Positions 33,601 through 41,264 of a stretch of 48,925 nt of DNA are shown one piece after another. The DNA lies in NCBI GenBank assembly GCA_040182905.1, contig JARQWU010000048.1, positions 1 to 48,925 of the forward strand. The letters are read 5' to 3'. Below the pieces are notes generated by a model that did no database searches, had not been told where the DNA came from, and worked only from the letters and a program-made list of their open reading frames with translations. Positions within the stretch are counted from its first letter, which is position 1; each line of letters opens with the position of its first letter. The position numbers and the translations under genes are program-made. Source of the stretch: Barthelona sp. PAP020. Lineage: Eukaryota.

Positions 33601-36254
33601 ATGGCCATAAGTTCATTCAGTCTGAAAGAATCCTTTCTGGCGGAATCTAAATTGCTGAATATTTTTTCATCTATATTCATAGAACCATCAAATAAAATAT
33701 CTTCCGAAGCTTCATCATTCTCTGCAGATAGTTGTGTATCATTTTCTCCAACATTTGACAACTCCATAATGTTTGATAATGTGTGAATATTTTTGATACT
33801 TAACGGTGAAAGCTCTTTACTTGGGGAAGGAGAATTTCTGAGGGTATTAATAATAGGTGAAGAAGGATAATTTATTGACTTTCCTCTCTCTTGTTCTTCT
33901 CTAAGCCATATCTTATAATCAGTTTCATTAAAATAATCATAGTATAAATAATCTGAAATTCGTTGAAAATAACCACAATTTTGAGGAAAAGTAGGATCAT
34001 CCTTATTCAAACTCAATAATTTTGCATATTTCATGGCTTCTTTTTGAAACTTTTTTGTCCAACTATTTTTTAACAACATTTCATCAAAAGCTGGATCAGT
34101 AATAAAGTTTATATCTGTTCCCAAATATTTCAAAACTTTCCTAAACAAATATTTTTCCTTTCTCTGTAATGAGAAACGATGAATAATTATCGTAACTAAC
34201 AAGTTAACGAGAAACCAATTTCCAACAATATAACTTAACATAGTAAAAATGCTGCCAAAAAATACACTATTTACACTTTCAACATTCTGTATTAAATAAT
34301 CATTCCATCCTTCCCCCGTAAAAATAGCAAACGTTACTAAAAAAGAATGGAACAAGTCAACATTCCCAAGCTGTCCAACAGGCACTCTTTGTGAGTTCGT
34401 TGGGAAAAAAAGCATTCCTATACAACTAAATACAAATAAAGCAATGAAAAAGATCAACAAAAAGGTCAATAGATCTTTGTATGATAATATTATGCTAGTT
34501 AACAATGAATTCATGGATTTACTTGTTTTAACAATGCGTAATATCCTCAACACTCTGAATGATCTTAAAAGTCTACCGGTCAAACTATCAGATGTGAAAA
34601 AAATGACTTCACACAGTCCTAAAATAGTTAAGATACCATCCAAAACATTAAACCAATTCTTAAAAAAATTGAAAAAACCATAAGCAAAAAGTTTCAAAGT
34701 AAATTCAAGGAGATAAAAAAACGAAAAATAAAAATTTGTTAATTTAATAAAATTATTTAGCGAGTCACTCATGTCCACATGTTGTATTGCTAAAATAATG
34801 CTATTGAATGAAACAAAAATTAAGATGCTTCTTTCCACAACTTCATTTTCAAAAAAATCAAATAATTTGTCCCGAAACATAAATGTACGTGGCTTATTCA
34901 CTTGAAACAACTTGTTTAATTTGTTATCAAACATTTTAACTTCTTCATTTCGGTCTTTCAAAAAATTCAACAATATTTCAGATTGGTGAGGTAACGTGGA
35001 GTTCAAAGTATTTTTGAAAAATACAAAGGCATTGTATTTTTTGTCATTTTGACAATATTCTAACTGCCTTAAAGAATTGTCGGTTTTTAATTGCTCAACC
35101 ACATTTTTGCCAGTTTGAAAAGGAATAATTGATGGAACCAAATGTTTGAAATGTATTTGATCATTTGTAGCTAAAATATCCGTCAAGCGATTAACAATGT
35201 TCTCATCTATATTATCAGCATTACCAAATGGCTCCAACAAGGCGCCTATTAAAAGATTGACTAAAATAAAACTGCATGATCCAATAACAACACAGAAATA
35301 TATTGTAACAAAAAATTTATTTTCATTGGACTCCATTAAAGCGCTATATATGGAATTCCATCCTTCAAGAGAAATTATTTGAAACACGGTCAAGAAGGAA
35401 TTGTAAACATTATCGAAAGAAGTCGTTTCATTATTCATATTTGTCCCAACAGTCAAACAATAAAAATTTGATGGGCAATCATTATCATTTGAACATCTTT
35501 GAAAAGAATTTGCAAGAGAGGTAAAAGAAATGTTGGTTTTGGACCCTCCAAAATTTTGATCTAAAAAGTCTTGGTCAACACAACGATTATGTAAACAACC
35601 ACCAAATAAGTGTAACCCTGCAACACTCAGAACAAGCAGAACAAATATTAAAATGAGAAAAGTGTCTTGGACAAAAGATATTGAATTGTTCAACTTTTGA
35701 AAAAGTTTGGAGGCCTTTTTTGACTGACAAAACAGTTTATTAACTGCAAACAACCTAAATAGAGTTATGATTGAAATATCAACAAAAAAGGGAAGATATT
35801 TAAATGAAATAATTAACAAAATTAAAAAATTAAACTTATTTGAAAAACTATCAAAATAACTATTGTGTCCACTCCAACCATAACCAAAGAGCTTTACAAT
35901 AAATTCTATTAAAAAAACCAAATCAATAAACCATTCCAAAAATCTAAAAAAGAAATAGTTATTGCAAATTTGTGGATATTGAAAACTAAACACAATAAAT
36001 AATACATTTAGAAAGATTATAAACAAAATAAAATGATCAAACATCTTGTTTTTACATACAGAATAGAAATTATTTCGCCAACCAAAATGCTTGGAAAAAG
36101 CAGGACCATATGGATCATATTTGACAGCTATATGTATCGCGTCTTTTTTGGTCTTTATAAGATCATCTTCATAAAAAGGTCTTATACTCTGCAATCTTTC
36201 AAAGCCCTCCAAAAATGAATCACTTGAATCATTTGTAAGACTTGTATTGTTCAT
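30693..36254 (-). CDS. Four-domain (24-TM) voltage-gated cation channel alpha subunit, Cav/Nav superfamily, 1853 aa
   Basis: Four 6-TM repeats. S4 segments RLLRSFRVLRILRIVK, KFLRFFKILRFLR and KSLRVIRLLRFTRLFK. Pore loops ISLEGW, FTGEGW, LTLEEW and LTLDNW. C-terminal EF-hand-like YQQAWSMYDPKGLGTIHYLDAIDLFRNLPQPIG as in Cav/Nav tails. Confidence 0.93.
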   Translation of the reverse strand: MNNTSLTNDSSDSFLEGFERLQSIRPFYEDDLIKTKKDAIHIAVKYDPYGPAFSKHFGWRNNFYSVCKNKMFDHFILFIIFLNVLFIVFSFQYPQICNNYFFFRFLEWFIDLVFLIEFIVKLFGYGWSGHNSYFDSFSNKFNFLILLIISFKYLPFFVDISIITLFRLFAVNKLFCQSKKASKLFQKLNNSISFVQDTFLILIFVLLVLSVAGLHLFGGCLHNRCVDQDFLDQNFGGSKTNISFTSLANSFQRCSNDNDCPSNFYCLTVGTNMNNETTSFDNVYNSFLTVFQIISLEGWNSIYSALMESNENKFFVTIYFCVVIGSCSFILVNLLIGALLEPFGNADNIDENIVNRLTDILATNDQIHFKHLVPSIIPFQTGKNVVEQLKTDNSLRQLEYCQNDKKYNAFVFFKNTLNSTLPHQSEILLNFLKDRNEEVKMFDNKLNKLFQVNKPRTFMFRDKLFDFFENEVVERSILIFVSFNSIILAIQHVDMSDSLNNFIKLTNFYFSFFYLLEFTLKLFAYGFFNFFKNWFNVLDGILTILGLCEVIFFTSDSLTGRLLRSFRVLRILRIVKTSKSMNSLLTSIILSYKDLLTFLLIFFIALFVFSCIGMLFFPTNSQRVPVGQLGNVDLFHSFLVTFAIFTGEGWNDYLIQNVESVNSVFFGSIFTMLSYIVGNWFLVNLLVTIIIHRFSLQRKEKYLFRKVLKYLGTDINFITDPAFDEMLLKNSWTKKFQKEAMKYAKLLSLNKDDPTFPQNCGYFQRISDYLYYDYFNETDYKIWLREEQERGKSINYPSSPIINTLRNSPSPSKELSPLSIKNIHTLSNIMELSNVGENDTQLSAENDEASEDILFDGSMNIDEKIFSNLDSARKDSFRLNELMAMSQSEDFCMDDDICDQLSARHDGTIDRGPISELPSLEYSYEMDSQEVEDMQQMGISFSHSSDQEGFNENLFGYNVTNDDENVENVEFLTNNDEKTSQSLESITFFNGLNEEYSFSSPNIVEQESSFAESFEDDFGELEINNVSSEISDETSEEEYEDKFPVLEVIPEIFSARIKEFGCKDTNKSDKDKSFEESIRIQNADDNKPLKQVTKLKLPVKEDHFDASTGVDIFEEEYSTTFRIINEKMNAKLNLWDYILLILILINVSLIVAEIFLSNEINFGQGLQSQLKVVQRVEIVFLFIYIVEAIVKLRINGRKKYFENSGNVLDFFVTFVSLPSIIVFFIEFENDSKVVKFLRFFKILRFLRIFSTINSLKIVILSMIPSIKSILRMSLIILLIMLVFSLIGMGIFQGNLNKCSDITVSHISLCNETDIIKPQIHKSFDSFGESMVTLFGMLTLEEWPALLTFNPLSSNESKTNLFSENNLWCSLYLISFVIICSFLLLNMFIGVVIDSFSLELSLKKREIFFSKKQSNFLVNFEFFISNAKPISLELNIDSKIWKFKELLNGKMFNIFIMFFIVINSFFIIAKTEHSSQTFLFYSELITLSCTILFFIEFLVKFFTFKFEYFLDSWNYLDFILVVISIVDLFLTYFFSNSSLKSLRVIRLLRFTRLFKIAKYVQRLSLIFDSLLKAIPSFINILIICFIFLVFFTIFSMILFGDYIKHYSTFFTAFGANIRLLTLDNWLTELTSLNPSISALLFFTFFIYLNNFIILSYLIGILVDSFASSRFHEQIQVDINIVRTYQQAWSMYDPKGLGTIHYLDAIDLFRNLPQPIGSPQSSFIDSFRELSNFRNDWAPGINQIYSLPIVIVEKNRVEFFTFFLALLSHCYQFPLPSPLTNNFYDQILKLHHKVTQNLKIEKILFCDLLNLTKIPEKKRFTAFDNINFFNYNSGFLSIPASLVESEITTEIDMKK

Positions 36255-36445
36255 AATTAAAATCGTTTCTGAAAAGTATTCACATCATAATCAAAAATTG
36301 TGTGTTAATTTCTGTTTCAAAAAAAATTGTTTGAACCATTTGTTTTGACAATAATTTTAAAAACCCAAGGAATGAAGAAGAAAAGTAAAAACAAAAACAG
36401 ATCATTTATAAAAACTAAATTCAAAGAACAACTGAAAATAGAAAA

Positions 36446-37761
36446 TCAGTTATCCACTAATTTCCATATTGAACATGTTTGATCTTTTGACCCTAATATT
36501 AAGGTATCACCACTATAATTTAAATCGAGACAAAAGAGTTCTCCCTGATGAGATACTAAAGTTTGCAAACATTCACCAGTTTCAACATCCCAAATTTTAC
36601 AAGTTTGATCATCGCTTATCGTAAAAACACGTGTTCCAGCAGAATTAAAACGAATTTTGGATACTTCCTTCTCATGACCAACCAGAGAATGAATAATTTC
36701 TCCTGTTTCAACACTGTAAATATTTGCAGTATGATCCACAGAGGCTGAACCAATATATTGACAATTCAAAGAAAAAACACAATCAACAACTTCATCTTGA
36801 TGACCCTCAAGAACATGAATCGTTTGTCCAGTATATGAATCCCAAAGTCTCAAAGTATGATCACTAGAACAGGAAACTATATATTTACCTGTAAAATCAA
36901 ATTCAGCCATAAAAATGCTTTGGGAATGACCTTCAAAAATCATTAAACATTCACCAGTTTCAGCATCCCACACACGACAAGTAGAATCATAAGAAGTGGT
37001 CAAAATACGGGCACCAGCCGTATCAAATTTGACACTGATAACCTCTTGTTCATGACCAGTTAATACATGAATACAATCTCCTGTTTCAACATCCCAAACA
37101 CGACATGTGTGATCCATAGAAGATGAAGCTACAATATCACTTTGAGGTGCAAAAGCAACCGATAGGACTTCACCTTCATGACCTCTTAATCTGTGCAATT
37201 GTTTTCCTGTATTTGTATCCCATAAAATCAGTGTTTTATCAAATGATGCAGTCACAAGTTTGTCGCCATATGGTAAATTTAATGCAACAGCAAAAACAAC
37301 AGCTTCATGACCCATCAAAGTACGAATGTTCTTTCCAGAAGATGTCTCAAAAATTCTACAACTCATATCATAAGAAGCTGTTACAAATAAATTTCCACTT
37401 TTGTTGAACGATACAGCAGTAAGAGCAGGAAGATGTGCTCGTAAAATTTTATATATTTCAAATTCTCCTTCATCATTAGAATGTTGAACTTCTATTAATC
37501 GTTCTAAAAGACTAAGAACTTGACCACGTCTTCTCTCCTTAATTAATGGTTCTGCCTGTAATATTTGGCTGGTATAAAAATCAAGATCTGAACTACTAAT
37601 TAGTAAATATTGAACAAAACAAAATTTGAATACTTTCTTGACAAAGATAATAAATCAATACTACGTGTTTTTAATTCACCATCTTCTTGATATTCTAATA
37701 TTAATCCTGGAGGATAATATCGTAATAAAAATCGTTGCAATCGAGATCTCTCAGTGTTCAT
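36446..37761 (-). CDS. DAW1: Dynein assembly factor with WD repeats 1 (DAW1/WDR69/ODA16), two exons: 37761-37634 and 37592 (or 37595)-36446, ~424-425 aa
   Basis: Exon 1 encodes [38 protein letters not shown], the DAW1 LLRYYPPG N-terminal signature. Removing a GT..AG intron joins it in frame to the WD40 ORF with [30 protein letters not shown] and [10 protein letters not shown], which follow DAW1. Confidence 0.93.
37593..37633 (-). other. Short spliceosomal intron in DAW1 (41 nt, or 38 nt with the proximal AG)
   Basis: GTATTCAAATTTTGTTTTGTTCAATATTTACTAATTAG(TAG). Phase 2, restores the reading frame, with a branch-point-like TACTAAT directly before tandem TAG TAG acceptors. Confidence 0.88.
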
Positions 37762-38063
37762 AAAAGAAATTTTTGAAAAAACAAAATTTTATTTTGTTAT
37801 TTATTTAATTTTGAAAACTCTGAAAATAAAGGAAATAGTAAAGAAAGTCAAAAATAGCAATCAGAAAAAATGACAAAAAGAAAAATGTAAGATTTACATT
37901 GTTTTTCAAAGAAATAATATGTCACAATTACGATACAATGGCTTAATAACAAATTACGAAAATGATATGCTTCTTTTGAAGAGAAAAAAAAAAATTCAAA
38001 AGTTAATAAAAAAGGTAAACGATATTCAAACACACACACAAATAAAAACAACAAAATATATCA

Positions 38064-38327
38064 TCAATAAGAATTTAAAGAAACCCAAATATGTTGTTCA
38101 TCCTTCAAAACAGTTTCAATCGTTGCATTCATATCCAACAATGTACCGTCTTCAAATTGTACACTTCTAGGAGTTCCTAATTCGATTAAGTCATCAGAAT
38201 CCAGTCTCCCTTTAACAACAGAAGAAAAGCGGGCAATAGCAACAAAAGTCAACCAACTTATTGTTTGAGTTGATGGTCCTGTTTCAACAGGAATGCAAGT
38301 GTCTTTAAGATGAACAAATATCTTCAT
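38064..38327 (-). CDS. Small (87 aa) protein resembling the Par3/HAL N-terminal ubiquitin-like domain
   Basis: MKIFVHLKDTCIPVETGPSTQTISWLTFVAIARF...GTLLDMNATIETVLKDEQHIWVSL matches the pattern I recall for histidine ammonia-lyase/Par3 N-terminal domains (V-x-V...P-x-x-x-G...WL..A..R[YF]...LD....I..VL.D...V.V). The ATG at 38327 follows a T-rich leader like the other genes. Confidence 0.6.
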   Translation of the reverse strand: MKIFVHLKDTCIPVETGPSTQTISWLTFVAIARFSSVVKGRLDSDDLIELGTPRSVQFEDGTLLDMNATIETVLKDEQHIWVSLNSY

Positions 38328-38513
38328 AAAATCAAAAATAAGAAATGAATGTTTTTTTGAACGCATTTTATTGTAAATGAATATGATTTGTGTTGAAATA
38401 CGTAATCTAAAATATTCAAAAGAGAAGAAATGTGATTGATTAATTTGAAATAAATCATCACCACATTGAATTGTCAAGACTCATTCCAAAATTCTTTACA
38501 AAAAAGTTTTACA
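38328..38513. promoter_or_regulatory. Probable bidirectional promoter between divergent genes
   Basis: Only 186 bp of AT-rich DNA separates the head-to-head start codons at 38327 (-) and 38514 (+). No specific element identified. Confidence 0.45.
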
Positions 38514-41012
38514 ATGCATTTAACTAAAACCGAATTATTACCCACCAATTACGATGAATATTGGAAGAATTTGAATGAAGCTGCTGATTTTGTCAAAGAT
38601 AGACTTGGAGCTGCTGACATTTGTCTTGTGCTTGGCAGTGGTCTTGGTGATTTTGTTGATACAACCCTTTCCGATGCACCTTTTGTTAATTACAATGAAA
38701 TTCCTCATATGTTTGCCCCTGGTGTTGCGGGACATAAAGGTGCAGTTTATTTGGGAGAGTTTGGTGAGCATAAAGTGTTATGTTTTGCTGGTAGATATCA
38801 TCCTTATGAAGCTTATCCTTCAGTTATTGCCGGTTGGTTACCTCGTTTAGCATATTTATGTGGTTGTCGTCTTTATATTGCCACTAATGCTGCTGGATGC
38901 GCAGATTTTGGTGCCAAAATTGGTGATTTAAGTGTTATTACTGATATTATTGATACTCATCGCATTTCAACACTGACTGATTTGTCTGATGATCCTCGGT
39001 GGTTCAATGGCATGGAAACAATTGATACTTCTTCATTGTTTTCTGATAGATTAAAGAAAATTGCTTTAGAATATGCTAAAAAGGAGGATTTCAATTTGCG
39101 TCAAAATGTTTATTGCATGCAATTTGGTCCTTGTTACGAAACACCTCATGAAGTGCATAGACTTGTTGATGAGGGTGGACGATTATTTGGAATGTCAACT
39201 ATTCCTGAAGCTTTGGCAGCCAAAGCATTAGGAATGGAAGTTTTTGCTGTTTCATGTATTACTAATTTAGCTGCTGGTTACTCAGAAACCAAATTAAATC
39301 ATGAAGAAGTTGGAGATGCTGCCAAAATTGCTGCACCAACAATGAGAAAATTAATGACTTATTTGCTTTCTAATGTTGAACTTGGAGCTTCAGTTCATGT
39401 ATCACCTGTTACCGTTAATCAAGCAGCAGGACATGAGACAGCCAGGTTACTCCACCCTCCCGCTTCTGGTGAAGAATTAGTCAATGGTCAAAATATGTTG
39501 TTGAAATTTACAGAAGGTAAACCTTTCATTGGTCTTTATATATGCCCTGGTGGTCATTCAGTTATTGATCGTTTGAATTTGGATCGTGTAATTGAATTAT
39601 CTGAGTTTTTACCTGTTGTTCGCACACGTTCTGAATCTAAAGGTGCTATTTATTATGGGGAATCTCATGGCAATATTTTTGTTGCTGTTGAATGCCGACG
39701 CTTTCAAGGATTCCACATGGACAGTGAAAGATTTATTGGTGCAGTTTTTGCATTGAGTGGATGTTATCAGTTTGTTCAAATAGTTCCTGGTAAAGCCACC
39801 AATAAGAATGTTATTCCTAGAAGTATTACCCAAATAAAAGACATTATTCACAATTCAAACAATTATCCTGCACCTTTAGTTCATCCCTTAGTTAAAGAAG
39901 ATGTTGGTGTTTTACCTTTATTGAGTGGGGAAACAGACAAAATGGCAATGACATTCACTGCTCCAATTATTCCCGCTCCTGTTGAAGTTGAATTCGCCAA
40001 TAGAGCTGGTTGTGATTTTGCTTTATTCCACCCAAGTGTTTTATCTGATATAATGAGAGCCAGTGATATTTCTACTATTACATTTGTTTTGAATGTTCTT
40101 GATTGTGATGAAGTGTTAGAACAAACTACCAGAATTTTAGACAACGTAAAGGGTTCCATTCATATGCTTGGAGGTGCCATTTATGAAAGAATTTTGGATT
40201 TGACTGAATCAACACCCAATGATATTTTAATTAAGGATATTGACAAAAGTTTCAAATTTGAAGGGAAATTTGAATATTATCAATTGTTTGCTGGTGCTTT
40301 TAATCCTACTGATGTTGAAATGATGACTAAATTTGCCCAAGAGAATAATTTGATGGAAAAAAATTGGGAGTTTGGTATTATTTGTCGTGAAGAACATTGG
40401 AGTGATATTGATGGATATTCATGCATTGAAATTCCTTTCATTAATTCCAAAATATATTTTAATGATTTGAAGATAGCTATTGTTGGTGATTTCAATTCAA
40501 ATAACGGTGTTAATATTAGAATGAGCACTTTGGCTGTTAGATTGTTGGGAGTTTGCAATGTTAAAAAAATTTATAACATTTTTACTGCATATAGTACTGG
40601 AATTGAAGCTCAAATACTGGTTCCTTCTGATCACATAAATTATTGGGGTGATTCTGGTTTGATTGGACACAATGCTGATCATTTCGGAACAAGATTCCCA
40701 GATGTTACGAAGATTTATAATGTTGAAATGAATAATGAGATAATGGATAAATTAAGAAGTTGGAACTTTGAAGTTGAAAGTGGTGTTTTAGGTATTGAAT
40801 TTGGGCCCATTTCTCAAGGGGATTTGAAGCGTGTTCAAGGTTTGAAAACAATTGCCTTGGCTTCTGGAGAAGGATTAGAAAATATTGTTGTTAACCATAT
40901 GTCTCAAAATTTCAATGTCTTCAGCAGTTCAATTGTTGGTATTGTTGGCAGTGACGAAAAGAACATTGTTGATAAAAGATTGGGTGACATTGTCAAAAAA
41001 TTGTTAGAATAA
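38514..41012 (+). CDS. PNP: Purine nucleoside phosphorylase (trimeric NP-I family) with one intact and two degenerate tandem PNP domains, 832 aa
   Basis: Domain 1 has LGSGLG, AGHKG, GRYHPYE, TNAAG, GPCYETPHE, GMSTIPE, ITNLAAG and LNHEEV. Later segments echo the fold (KPFIGLYIC, ITQIKDIIH, PAPVEVEFANRAGCD; EFGIIC, DHINYWGDSGLIGHNADHFGTRFPDVTKIYN). The first in-frame ATG is 38514; the track start is TTG. Confidence 0.88.
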   Translation: MHLTKTELLPTNYDEYWKNLNEAADFVKDRLGAADICLVLGSGLGDFVDTTLSDAPFVNYNEIPHMFAPGVAGHKGAVYLGEFGEHKVLCFAGRYHPYEAYPSVIAGWLPRLAYLCGCRLYIATNAAGCADFGAKIGDLSVITDIIDTHRISTLTDLSDDPRWFNGMETIDTSSLFSDRLKKIALEYAKKEDFNLRQNVYCMQFGPCYETPHEVHRLVDEGGRLFGMSTIPEALAAKALGMEVFAVSCITNLAAGYSETKLNHEEVGDAAKIAAPTMRKLMTYLLSNVELGASVHVSPVTVNQAAGHETARLLHPPASGEELVNGQNMLLKFTEGKPFIGLYICPGGHSVIDRLNLDRVIELSEFLPVVRTRSESKGAIYYGESHGNIFVAVECRRFQGFHMDSERFIGAVFALSGCYQFVQIVPGKATNKNVIPRSITQIKDIIHNSNNYPAPLVHPLVKEDVGVLPLLSGETDKMAMTFTAPIIPAPVEVEFANRAGCDFALFHPSVLSDIMRASDISTITFVLNVLDCDEVLEQTTRILDNVKGSIHMLGGAIYERILDLTESTPNDILIKDIDKSFKFEGKFEYYQLFAGAFNPTDVEMMTKFAQENNLMEKNWEFGIICREEHWSDIDGYSCIEIPFINSKIYFNDLKIAIVGDFNSNNGVNIRMSTLAVRLLGVCNVKKIYNIFTAYSTGIEAQILVPSDHINYWGDSGLIGHNADHFGTRFPDVTKIYNVEMNNEIMDKLRSWNFEVESGVLGIEFGPISQGDLKRVQGLKTIALASGEGLENIVVNHMSQNFNVFSSSIVGIVGSDEKNIVDKRLGDIVKKLLE

Positions 41013-41264
41013 AGAATTTTCATCGAAACAAACAAGTAAAGTGTGTTGTTTACATATTTTTTTTTTTGCATTTTCGTAATTTGAATCATTTTTGTTTTTG
41101 AAGGAGTTATTGATTTCCTTAATTATTTTTAATTGTTCTTTTGTGTAAAAGTTGTTGACAAATCATATGATCAATAGATTGTAAACATGTTTATTGATAT
41201 TAAAGTCAATTTTGCTTTTAAAAAAAAAAGGCGTTTGTTCAGTGATTTTATTTTTATATATGTG

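Noticed and set aside
36446..37366. Track's 306-aa WD40 ORF as a complete gene
   Set aside because: It starts at an internal Met; the conserved DAW1 N terminus lies upstream across an intron.
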